Of a DNA stretch of 64,000 nt, positions 1 through 8,432 are shown piece after piece. The notes under the pieces were generated by a model. It did no database searches. It was not told the DNA's origin and was given only the letters and a program-made list of their open reading frames with translations. Numbering within the stretch: position 1 is the first letter of the stretch; the number at the start of each line of letters is the position of its first letter. The DNA is from a virus: positions 32,001 to 96,000 of the IMG/VR virus record IMGVR_UViG_3300021963_009993; one strand, given 5' to 3'. The position numbers and the translations under genes were made by a program.

Positions 1-1
1 C

Positions 2-310
2 TACCTTCCTGAAGAGAAGGAGACTGAACTTCTCCACAATAGGACAAAGCTCGATGTTGGCACCTGCCTCAAGCTGTGCCAAGTTGCCAGCGTGGTACGC
101 AAGAAGGTGAAGGCTGATAACGCCGACTCCTTCAGTCATGCGATTAGCACCCGCATGTTGCAGAACGCTGCGGAGAAGATTGTGCGTGGTGGTTTGACTA
201 CCCTGAATTTCACTCTCTTGAATCACTACTCCAATGCGGGTGGTGACAAGAGTGAGCGGTCTGCCCTCATGCAGTTGTTGATGGGAAAATTTGGCGACCT
301 GAACAAATAA
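2..310 (+). CDS. 3' end of a MoxR/CbbQ/CobS-type AAA+ ATPase (truncated by window edge)
   Basis: Frame open from base 2: YLPEEKETELLHNRTKLD...VRKK...ISTRMLQNAAE. This resembles the lid domain of MoxR-type ATPases (YP..E.E..IL, ISTR.L). It lies directly upstream of a VWA gene. Confidence 0.55.
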   Translation, partial: YLPEEKETELLHNRTKLDVGTCLKLCQVASVVRKKVKADNADSFSHAISTRMLQNAAEKIVRGGLTTLNFTLLNHYSNAGGDKSERSALMQLLMGKFGDLNK

Positions 311-333
311 ACCTGCGTTTTTGGTTTCCTCCT

Positions 334-363
334 CCCCCGGACTATATGTCCGGGGGTTTTTTT
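334..363 (+). terminator. Intrinsic terminator
   Basis: CCCCCGGAC-tatat-GTCCGGGGG, perfect 9-bp stem, then T7. Confidence 0.85.
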
Positions 364-446
364 ATTTTGTTTTTTACATGGGTCAATTTTTGTGGTGCAG
401 GCAAAAAACGAGTATGTAAATTCATCAATAACTTTCAACAACTTTA

Positions 447-496
447 ATCAGGTGTTGGAGTAGGTGTTGGAGTAGGTGTTGGAGTAGCACCTGATT
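447..496. repeat. Three tandem 12-bp units inside a 9-bp inverted repeat
   Basis: AGGTGTTGGAGT at 450, 462, 474; flanked by AATCAGGTG (447-455) and CACCTGATT (488-496). Confidence 0.9.
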
Positions 497-536
497 TCAA
501 CAAAATCCACCCGGCTCAACAACTCAATTAAATCAA

Positions 537-601
537 TATATCACTTGATATCAAAAGATATACTTAAAAAAGTTGTGTGGTTTATTGGGGTGGAATACAC
601 T
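537..601 (+). promoter_or_regulatory. Sigma70-like early promoter with an upstream palindromic site
   Basis: TTGTGT(573-578)-N17-TACACT(596-601). Upstream TATATC-actt-GATATC-aaaa-GATATA (537-562) recurs at 4865-4890. Confidence 0.6.
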
Positions 602-647
602 AGGTGTAGGTAACTAGGACTACTAGGACTACATGGAGGGTTTCAAA

Positions 648-2708
648 ATGGCTTACACCACTTGGGGCGACTACTGGAACAAAAGGGATTCGTTTTCCTA
701 CACCCCTGTGACCAATTGGTCACCATCCCGCAGCGTTAACTCCCTGTACGGGATTGACAATTACGAAGACCGCAAAACCAAGGAAAATGCGACTTCCGAA
801 GCTTTGAGGGAGGCCTTGGAGGTCTTCCAAAAGAATGCCAACATCCTGAGCAACGACAAGGATGGTAATGAGGTCAACATCCTTGTCCGATTCAAGGGTG
901 CCAACAACAAAGAGTTGACGGGCAACGATGTTGTACTCAACCCTGCCCTTCTTTTGAAAGGCAACAAGGTTAAAGAAGGGGATGATTATTGGGATGCAAT
1001 GGATGCCATGAATGGCAGACTGCTCCTGAAACAAGTAATTCGGCGTGAATGCAGCAAGAAGGACTTGGCTGCCTTGGCAAAGGCTCCAGTTCCTTCAAGG
1101 GACTTGTTTGCAACCCTCGCCAGCAGAATGGCTGAGGCTCAGATCAGCGAGGAATGGGTTGGTTTCCGACCCTACATGCAGAAACACGGGGAACTGTGCC
1201 ACTCTAAGGCATCTGACTTCGATGCCAACATGGAGGCAACCAAGAATAACCTTGAGCCTATCACTCAAGCGTTGTGCCACAACGCTCTCAACGAGGACAA
1301 AATCGATTTTGCAGATGCGAACCTCCATGAGGTTCAAGATTGGTTCAACAACAAAATCAACTCTATGAGGAATCTCACCCTCGAAGGGTGCAGAAGGATC
1401 GTTGAAGACTTAGAGGAGATGCTTCGCCTCAAGGAAGAGGAAAGCAAGGGCGAGGGCGAAGGTGAAGGTGAAGAGGGTGAGGGTGAAAAGTCAGAAGAAA
1501 TGGGAGGCTCACCTGAGAAGGATGGCGGTGAAGAAGCATCCTCTTCTCCCGACGACGATGAGGAGAGCAAACTTGAGGGGGGTTCCAAGTCTTCGGGGGA
1601 TGACAAAAAAGAAACCCCTGCCCCTTCGAAAGAAGAAGGCAAGGACAAGGCAACCGAGGACAAAGAATCCAAGGTCAGCGAAGAAAAACCAAAGGCCAAG
1701 GTTCCCTTTGACCGAGAGGTTTTTGATATTGCTGATGACACCATCCCCGAAGCTTCGGGAGCGGATATGGACTACTCCGCTCTTGATCCTGAGAAAATCC
1801 CTGAAGCAAAGGGTTGCTTCTCCAAAATGGAGTTTGACCGAATCATTCCCAGCGTTCTGTTGAAGCAGAACGGCAAGGGCTACAACGCCCGTATGATGGT
1901 TGACCCTTACACCGATGAAGTCAAAATCAACAACCTCTACAAAGAACACATTCAAAAAAGAAGGAATGTCATCGGTGAGGTGACCAATGCATTCCACTTC
2001 CAAAACAATGAAACCAGCTATTTTGACTACGGTCTTCAAAGCGGTGACATTGATGAGCATGCATTCACCAAGTTTGCGATGGATGATTTCGACACCATCT
2101 ACCAACGCAAGGAAGTGTTGGGCAAACCAAGCGTGTTGATTGGTCTGCTCATCGACCAGAGCGGTTCGATGGGAAGTGGCTATGAAAGCAAGATGGCTAA
2201 GGCGATTGATGTTGCCATCGTGATGAGCGAGGCGATCAAGAACCTTAACGGTGTTGAATTGTTGGTTTATGGGCATACTGCTCAAGCAAAAAGGTCTGCT
2301 GAACAGACCAACATGTTGATTTACCAAGACAAGGAGGTGAAGGAGCTTCATCATCTGAAGAATGCTTGCGCCATCTATGAGAACTTGGATGGCTATGCTA
2401 TCCAATACACCTCTGACAAGATGGCGGAGTATGACGAGGACAAAAAGATCCTCTTCGTCATCTCTGATGGTAGCCCTCATGGTCGTGATGGTTATCACGG
2501 GTACTCTGCCCTGAAGCACACCGCCAAGGCAGTCGAAACTGCCCGTAAGAAGGGCATCAAGGTGTTTGGGATTGGCATTGCGAATGCTTATGACCAAGAC
2601 ACCAGCGACATCCTGTTTGGAAAGGGGAACGGGGTTGTGATTGGGGATGTTGAATCCTCGATTGGAATCCTGACCCGCAAGATTAAGAGTTTCATCAACA
2701 ACCTGTAG
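648..2708 (+). CDS. CobT-like VWA (MIDAS) domain protein, partner of the AAA+ ATPase
   Basis: C-terminal vWA motifs LLIDQSGSM and VISDGSP; long acidic Glu/Gly linker at ~1430-1700. GGAGG at 635-639 favours ATG 648 over 633. Confidence 0.8.
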   Translation: MAYTTWGDYWNKRDSFSYTPVTNWSPSRSVNSLYGIDNYEDRKTKENATSEALREALEVFQKNANILSNDKDGNEVNILVRFKGANNKELTGNDVVLNPALLLKGNKVKEGDDYWDAMDAMNGRLLLKQVIRRECSKKDLAALAKAPVPSRDLFATLASRMAEAQISEEWVGFRPYMQKHGELCHSKASDFDANMEATKNNLEPITQALCHNALNEDKIDFADANLHEVQDWFNNKINSMRNLTLEGCRRIVEDLEEMLRLKEEESKGEGEGEGEEGEGEKSEEMGGSPEKDGGEEASSSPDDDEESKLEGGSKSSGDDKKETPAPSKEEGKDKATEDKESKVSEEKPKAKVPFDREVFDIADDTIPEASGADMDYSALDPEKIPEAKGCFSKMEFDRIIPSVLLKQNGKGYNARMMVDPYTDEVKINNLYKEHIQKRRNVIGEVTNAFHFQNNETSYFDYGLQSGDIDEHAFTKFAMDDFDTIYQRKEVLGKPSVLIGLLIDQSGSMGSGYESKMAKAIDVAIVMSEAIKNLNGVELLVYGHTAQAKRSAEQTNMLIYQDKEVKELHHLKNACAIYENLDGYAIQYTSDKMAEYDEDKKILFVISDGSPHGRDGYHGYSALKHTAKAVETARKKGIKVFGIGIANAYDQDTSDILFGKGNGVVIGDVESSIGILTRKIKSFINNL

Positions 2709-2752
2709 ATGATTGGTGGATTGAGTGAAACCAAACAAAGGAGGAAACAGTC

Positions 2753-3199
2753 ATGGCAGCAGAATACACCCCCATCTCCCTGAATGAAATGAAAGAGGTC
2801 TTGGAGCCTCTCGGGTTCACCGTTGTTCAAATGAATGGTGTACGGGAGGTGGTCTTTGGAAAACGAGTTGACCAAGAGGGTGCTGATCCCCTTTCCTTGA
2901 GGGTATTTTCGTCGATTGAGGCGGGTATCTCCCGTGAGTGCGGTGCTGATGCCATTCGGGTTCAGCTAGCCTCAAAACTCAAAAATGGGGCTATTAAAAT
3001 CGTTGGCAAACAAAAGCGGGTGAATCGAACCCAAGGGTGGAAAGATAACCTTTTGGAAAGGGTGAATCATTTAGAGGCAATGATGGGGCCAGTTTGTCCT
3101 TGTGGGGCACATATGGTCGAACGCAAAGGCAAGAATGGTTTCTTTTGGGGATGCTGCCGTTTTCCCGATTGTCGGCAAACGATGAAGATCGTGGAGTGA
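2753..3199 (+). CDS. Hypothetical protein with C-terminal topoisomerase-type C4 zinc ribbon
   Basis: CPCGAHMVERKGKNGFFWGCCRFPDCRQT; RBS AGGAGG upstream. Confidence 0.75.
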   Translation: MAAEYTPISLNEMKEVLEPLGFTVVQMNGVREVVFGKRVDQEGADPLSLRVFSSIEAGISRECGADAIRVQLASKLKNGAIKIVGKQKRVNRTQGWKDNLLERVNHLEAMMGPVCPCGAHMVERKGKNGFFWGCCRFPDCRQTMKIVE

Positions 3200-3273
3200 G
3201 TGAGTGAGTGAGTGAATGTGTGCATAGTCACACCCCCGATTGTCGAGAAACCATGAAGATCGTGGAGTGAGTG
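3164..3273. repeat. 39-bp duplication of the gene 3' end plus (GAGT)5 microsatellite
   Basis: 3164-3202 vs 3235-3273 differ at 3 positions; GAGT x5 at 3194-3213. Confidence 0.85.
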
Positions 3274-3404
3274 TCGATATGTGACCCAGCTATATCATCA
3301 AGAACATATCCACAAGTCGCATATCGACATGTCCATATCGACACATCTGCGACTTGTGTTTTTTTGAGTGAATGTGTGCGTAGGTCACATACTGACCAAT
3401 CATC

Positions 3405-4025
3405 ATGAGGTTTACAACCATGAAACCAGTAATGACTCCGATTATTGTTTCAGTTGATGATTTGATTGATGAGATTAATGTACTCCGCAAGAGGGTTACT
3501 GCTGTATCAACCATAAAGGGAAGTACTGAGTTGGTTTCTTTTACTGCATTCACTCCTGTTGAGTTATTGAGGGATACTGGCAATCCTTATTTGGAACGAA
3601 ACATATGGAAGTTATCAAAGGTTAGTGCAATCGTTGGCAACTTCAGTTACACCAAGATCATCAACAACAGACTTAAACAAGAATGGGCATCATCATCTAG
3701 TCATCATCCAGTTCCTCCTCGTTTCGTTGCCAAGAAAAGGGCGTGGGGTATCAGTCGAGTTGGTCAACCTTTTGTTGAACATCGTGGTGATGAAAACTAT
3801 GCCTTGAGAGTTATTGTCAACAAGGTTCTTTCCAAACCAATCTTTTATGAAATAAAAACGGATGGCAAACATGTTGTATTGCGAGGCAATGTTGGCAAAT
3901 GGGTAAGGAAGAAGAATCCACCCAAGACCCAAAAGCTTTTAAAGAACAAAGTTATTTATCGAGATTATTGGCCTGAGAATATCCGTGAAATCAAAATCAA
4001 TGGCAAACATCTCATCATCCGCTAA
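3405..4025 (+). CDS. Phage hypothetical protein, basic
   Basis: 206-aa ORF; no motif I can assign. Confidence 0.6.
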   Translation: MRFTTMKPVMTPIIVSVDDLIDEINVLRKRVTAVSTIKGSTELVSFTAFTPVELLRDTGNPYLERNIWKLSKVSAIVGNFSYTKIINNRLKQEWASSSSHHPVPPRFVAKKRAWGISRVGQPFVEHRGDENYALRVIVNKVLSKPIFYEIKTDGKHVVLRGNVGKWVRKKNPPKTQKLLKNKVIYRDYWPENIREIKINGKHLIIR

Positions 4026-4172
4026 TCAACAACCAATCATCATCAATAAATTTATCCTGTACATAGTCACACAATTGCCAACGCTGTCATGACAATAAAA
4101 TATTAAATAACTATTGTGAAAATAAAATAAAACATACTACTACTAAATGTGTAGCCATATCTGAAATCAATC

Positions 4173-4337
4173 ATGAAGACCAAAAAAGAAATCGAATCAA
4201 TAATCAAAGAATACGAGATGTACTGTATTAGCCTGAACATAATTGGCTACACAAACATCAGCAACAAATTCAAAACACTTATTGAACTAATCAAAGAAAA
4301 CATGTTGCCTGAAGAACAGGATACTCTCACCAATTGA
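4173..4337 (+). CDS. Small hypothetical protein (54 aa, not in ORF track)
   Basis: ATG 4173, MKTKKEIESIIKEYEMY...TLTN, TGA 4335-4337. Confidence 0.4.
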   Translation: MKTKKEIESIIKEYEMYCISLNIIGYTNISNKFKTLIELIKENMLPEEQDTLTN

Positions 4338-4576
4338 TTCAACAAAACTTTTTTAAGATTTATAAAACATAAACCATATCGTTTAGTGGTAGACTACTTT
4401 TGTAGCTTATTTGAATTTTTATAATTTATAAAACATAAAAAAACAATCAATAATGAAAGACTAGTTTTATAGCTTATTCAAGAAATTTAAAATTTAAAAA
4501 TCATAAAAACTTTTTAAGATTTTTAAAATCAAATACAAATCATATCCTCAAATAATTATTAGTTGTGCGTAATCCT

Positions 4577-4628
4577 CTTAAGAATTTAATTCTTAAGAAG
4601 AATTAAATTCTTAAGTCTTAAGACTTAA
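4577..4628. repeat. Perfect 18-bp inverted repeat overlapping an 18-bp palindrome
   Basis: CTTAAGAATTTAATTCTT-aag-AAGAATTAAATTCTTAAG (4577-4615); TTAAGTCTTAAGACTTAA (4611-4628). Confidence 0.9.
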
Positions 4629-4864
4629 ATTCTTAATTCTTAAAGACATTAGCACACCAAATAATTAAATCCCATAAAGACACCCGAACAGGTAGAAAAA
4701 TTTAAACCCCCCAATGCACACCCAATAATTATTTTCCAAATAGCTACCAAAGTCGGTAGACAATACATCCCCCATTAATAGGCAACCAATTAATTTTGAT
4801 ATCTTTTGATATCAATCAAACCTCTCTGGAAACGCAGAGTGCTGGAAAACAAGGGGTTTTGTGG

Positions 4865-4929
4865 TATATCACTTTATATCAAAAGATATATTTACAAATG
4901 TTGCTGGGTTCTGGAAGGGCGAAAACACT
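4865..4929 (+). promoter_or_regulatory. Early promoter with the same upstream palindromic site as at 537
   Basis: TATATC-actt-TATATC-aaaa-GATATA, 10 nt, then TTGCTG(4901-4906)-N17-AACACT(4924-4929)-AG. Confidence 0.6.
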
Positions 4930-4994
4930 AGTTTCACGCTGGAAACACTTCGTCCCAGCGAAGGGAATCACAACTCCCAGTCGAGGATTTTTCG

Positions 4995-6779
4995 ATGAAG
5001 ACCAACACCAAGACCGCTGCTTCCACCAACGCCAACACCTGCCCCCGTTGTGGCAAGGACATGAGCCTTCGCAATGGCAAATTTGGGCAGTTCATGGGCT
5101 GCACGGGTTTCCCCCGTTGCAACTACACCCAGAAGGTTGGTGCTGCTCCGAAAGCAGCGAAGGCACCAGTTCAAATCAAGCTGCTCAAGGGGAGCCCTGA
5201 GCAAGAAGCGATTTGGCAAGTCATGGGCACCACTACTGACCACATTGTGGTCAACGCTCTTGCGGGGTGTGGCAAAACCACAACCATCATCCAGTCCCTG
5301 TTCCGCATCGACCTTTCTAAGGTTCATGCTGCCTATATGTGTTTCAACGCTTCGATCCGAAAGGAGATGGAAGCACGGTCACCTGAAGGGGTGACTGTCG
5401 TTGGTCTGCACCAGTACGGCAAGCGGGCACTCGCCAATCGTTTTTCCAACCACACCGTGGATGACAACAAATACCACAACCTCTTCCAAGAAATGTTCCC
5501 CTTCACGGGCGTGGAGGGGAGCAAGGAAGAGGCGAAGTATTGGCTGATCGCCAAATTGGTACTTGAACTTGTCAGCAAGTGCCAGAATTTCCTCCTTGCG
5601 GGGGATGCGAAAGACCTCGACTTCTTGGTCGATCACTTCTCCATCGAGTTCGATGGTGAGATCGGTACTGACGGTGAAGTGGTAAAAGCCACCAAAGAGG
5701 ATGTTTATCCTCTCGTTCCCCAGTTGATGGCGAAGGGTCTTAAGAAGACCAATGTCATCTCCTACAACGATATGTTGTGGATGCCCATCGTGTTGGGTTG
5801 CCAGCTGCCCACATTTGACCTCGTCTGTGTAGACGAAGCGCAAGACCTCAACGCTGTTCAACATGCATTGGTCATGGCAGCGATTGCCAAGGGTCAGCGG
5901 ATGATGGTTGTTGGCGACCCCAATCAAGCCATCTATGGCTTTAGGGGCTCCGACACCGAATCGATGGAAACCCTTTCCAACCTTCTGTCCATGACCAAGC
6001 GCAAGGTTTCGGTCATGCCTCTGACCGAATCTCGTCGCTGCTCCCAAGCGGTTGGTCGTGAGGCTCAGAAGTGGGTGCCTGAGTTTCGGGTTCACCCCGA
6101 CAACGCCGAGGGGATGGTTGCCACTTCAACCATCGACAAACTCCTTGATGAGAAGCGCATCACCAAGGGCAACATGGCGGTGTGCCGATTCAATGCGCCC
6201 ATCGTCAAGCTTGCGTACTCTCTCATCGCACAGAAGATTCCTGTGCATTTCATTGGGCGTGAGTTTGGTCGGGGCATCCTGACCCTCGCCAAGAAATTCA
6301 TCAAGGGCAAGACCCTTGAGGGCATGATGGAGAAACTTGTTGCTTGGAAAGAGGGGCAACTCAATCGGCTCGCCACCAAGTCTGCCAAGGGGCAGAACAT
6401 GGACAAGGAAGTCCAAGCGATCTGCGACAAGGCAGCAAGTGTTTCGATATTCATCGAGGAGGCGATGGCTGCAAATTCGGAGGACAAAAGTCTTTCTTTG
6501 TCCCCCGTTGATGTTCTGACCGAGATTGGAAACTTCTTCGGTCTGAACAATGGCAAGAGCGACGAGGAGCATGAGAAGGGAGGGAACGACAAGTTCCGCA
6601 TCTCTTCGGTTCATCAAGCCAAGGGGCTTGAAGCTCAAGAGGTCATTTGGGTTAACCCCGATGCGACCATGAAGGTCAAGAAGGCATGGCAACTCAAGCA
6701 AGAGGACAACCTCAAGTATGTTGCTGCCACCCGTGCCATCCTGAATCTTTGGAAGATTCAGATCAGCACCGACAAGTAA
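4995..6779 (+). CDS. UvrD/Rep-like SF1 helicase with N-terminal topoisomerase C4 zinc ribbon
   Basis: CPRCGKDM...GCTGFPRCNYT; helicase motifs ALAGCGKTT, VDEAQD, VGDPNQAIYGFRG, SVHQAKGLE, YVAATRA. Confidence 0.9.
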   Translation: MKTNTKTAASTNANTCPRCGKDMSLRNGKFGQFMGCTGFPRCNYTQKVGAAPKAAKAPVQIKLLKGSPEQEAIWQVMGTTTDHIVVNALAGCGKTTTIIQSLFRIDLSKVHAAYMCFNASIRKEMEARSPEGVTVVGLHQYGKRALANRFSNHTVDDNKYHNLFQEMFPFTGVEGSKEEAKYWLIAKLVLELVSKCQNFLLAGDAKDLDFLVDHFSIEFDGEIGTDGEVVKATKEDVYPLVPQLMAKGLKKTNVISYNDMLWMPIVLGCQLPTFDLVCVDEAQDLNAVQHALVMAAIAKGQRMMVVGDPNQAIYGFRGSDTESMETLSNLLSMTKRKVSVMPLTESRRCSQAVGREAQKWVPEFRVHPDNAEGMVATSTIDKLLDEKRITKGNMAVCRFNAPIVKLAYSLIAQKIPVHFIGREFGRGILTLAKKFIKGKTLEGMMEKLVAWKEGQLNRLATKSAKGQNMDKEVQAICDKAASVSIFIEEAMAANSEDKSLSLSPVDVLTEIGNFFGLNNGKSDEEHEKGGNDKFRISSVHQAKGLEAQEVIWVNPDATMKVKKAWQLKQEDNLKYVAATRAILNLWKIQISTDK

Positions 6780-6803
6780 GACCTCATAGGTCTTCTTTTC
6801 CCC

Positions 6804-6837
6804 GCCCCCAAGGAAAAAATCCTTGGGGGCTTTTTTT
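6804..6837 (+). terminator. Intrinsic terminator
   Basis: GCCCCCAAGGA-aaaaa-TCCTTGGGGGC then T7. Confidence 0.85.
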
Positions 6838-6860
6838 ATTACCCTATAAACTACCTTCCA

Positions 6861-7033
6861 ACTCCGCAATAAAAATAAAAATTATACTTGTACTTGCAAA
6901 CCCATCAATAAAACATTAACCACCATATGACTCCGCAATAAAAATAAAAATTATACTTGTACTTGCAAACCCATCAATAAAACATTAACCACCATATGAC
7001 TCCGCAATAAAAATAAAAATTATACTTGTACTT
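6861..7033. repeat. 69-bp perfect tandem repeat, 2.5 copies
   Basis: Units start at 6861, 6930, 6999 (ACTCCGCAATAAAAATAAAAATTATACTTGTACTTGCAAACCCATC...). Confidence 0.95.
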
Positions 7034-7183
7034 TGGACTAGTCATTTTTTCCTTAAGTTTCCTTAATGTCAATTTTGCGTTTTAAGCCATTCATTTCATC
7101 AGGCGACTTCTGACTCATCCCCAAGGCAGAAGTGCCCTAAAAACGCAATCTAGGCCTGTTTATTAGGCCTTTGGCAGCTTTTT

Positions 7184-7285
7184 CATCAAACTGGAAACCA
7201 CTTATGCCCACCCTCATCTGGGAGGGGTCGATGCGGAATGCATCAAGCTGGAAACCTATTATGCCCACCCTCATCTGGGAGGGGT
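7184..7285. repeat. Two 45-bp near-identical copies with a 12-bp spacer
   Basis: CATCAA(A/G)CTGGAAACC(ACT/TAT)TATGCCCACCCTCATCTGGGAGGGGT at 7184 and 7241. Confidence 0.9.
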
Positions 7286-7303
7286 TCAACAACGGAGGTT
7301 CAG

Positions 7304-7684
7304 ATGACAGAAGGCATGACGAGCAGCATCTACGAAGTGGTACTGACCAGCATGGCGAAGTACGAGGTGAGGTACGAACACAACTACACGACCTTCAAGA
7401 CCAAGCGATTCCGAGTATTGGTCAGATGGGGTGAGGGGACGATGAATGTCGCCCTCTATCACCGAAATGGATGGACAGCAGTCGATGGCAGCAGAGTAGT
7501 TCCACTCCACAACAAGGAAGGCCAGACCATCGGTGAGATGCTGACTGAGACACTCAAATGGATTCCTTGGGAATACACGATGCCTGCAATTCAAGCGGTG
7601 TATCACCTGCGTTCCGACAGAGATGGTTTCTACGACTACCGCACCCTCAACGGGCTCCTTGGGGACTGCCAGTTGATTGACTAA
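7304..7684 (+). CDS. Hypothetical protein (paralog of next gene)
   Basis: GGAGG RBS before ATG 7304; N-terminus aligns with the next ORF. Confidence 0.6.
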   Translation: MTEGMTSSIYEVVLTSMAKYEVRYEHNYTTFKTKRFRVLVRWGEGTMNVALYHRNGWTAVDGSRVVPLHNKEGQTIGEMLTETLKWIPWEYTMPAIQAVYHLRSDRDGFYDYRTLNGLLGDCQLID

Positions 7685-7724
7685 TCCAGCTTCATCACCA
7701 GTTCAAACACTAGGAGGATTGACT

Positions 7725-8069
7725 ATGGCTACTGTGAGCAACCTGTACGAGGTCACCCTGAAGGAAGTCGCAGAGTTCTACACCTATGCCAACAGCAAGG
7801 GGAACACACAGAAGACCATGCGATTTGGACTATGGGTACACCAGCTTGAGAAGGTCGGCAAATACGAAAGCGGACTAGTAGAGTCGGATTTGTTATGCGA
7901 GGGCAAATCGATTCGCTATCAGTTCACCGATGGAGCGAATGGATGCCATCCCTTCGCTCCCGACCGCATTCACCAGATTGTGATGACCTACCTGAGTAAG
8001 CTCAACTTCGTTGGAGCATTGCCTCCCAAGATCAAGCAGATTCAGATGCTATGCACCCTCGATGACTAA
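7725..8069 (+). CDS. Hypothetical protein (paralog of previous gene)
   Basis: AGGAGG RBS before ATG 7725; followed by a terminator. Confidence 0.65.
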   Translation: MATVSNLYEVTLKEVAEFYTYANSKGNTQKTMRFGLWVHQLEKVGKYESGLVESDLLCEGKSIRYQFTDGANGCHPFAPDRIHQIVMTYLSKLNFVGALPPKIKQIQMLCTLDD

Positions 8070-8074
8070 TCCAC

Positions 8075-8108
8075 AGCACCAGATACCAATCTGGTGCTTT
8101 TCTTTTTT
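8075..8108 (+). terminator. Intrinsic terminator
   Basis: AGCACCAGAT-acca-ATCTGGTGCT then T-rich tract. Confidence 0.8.
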
Positions 8109-8196
8109 CACAAATCAACAACTCATCCATCCACACTCACAAATCAACAACTCATCCATCCACACTTCACAAATCAACAACTCACCCATCCACACT
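8109..8196. repeat. 29-bp C/A-rich tandem repeat x3
   Basis: CACAAATCAACAACTCA(T/C)CCATCCACACT at 8109, 8138, 8168. Confidence 0.9.
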
Positions 8197-8432
8197 CACT
8201 CATCCACATATCCACATACCTACATAATCAATAAAAGCTCTATTGTATATCCACTATTTGTTGATCAATAACTTTCAACAAACAAAAATCAAACAACATT
8301 CAAAAGTATTATTTTTATGATTTATAAAACATAAAGCACCTTGATTATCTTCAGATAAGTTTAAAATTTATACTTGTGCAAAAGCCCATCGTTTTTTGAT
8401 TAAGGAAAAGCAAGGAATAAAAATGCATAAAT

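Noticed and set aside
1509-2738. Long minus-strand ORF (409 aa), and similar ones at 5379..6095, 6126..6869 and 9615..10253
   Set aside because: Antisense shadows of well-supported + genes in GC-richer sequence; no motifs, RBS or promoter.
6861-7285. Possible CRISPR mini-array (69-bp and 45-bp repeats)
   Set aside because: The 69-bp copies abut with no spacers. The 45-bp pair has a single 12-nt spacer, too short. No cas genes are in the window.
7706-7713. AACACTAG as another early promoter
   Set aside because: No TTG -35 box at 17 nt; it abuts the RBS and is probably incidental.
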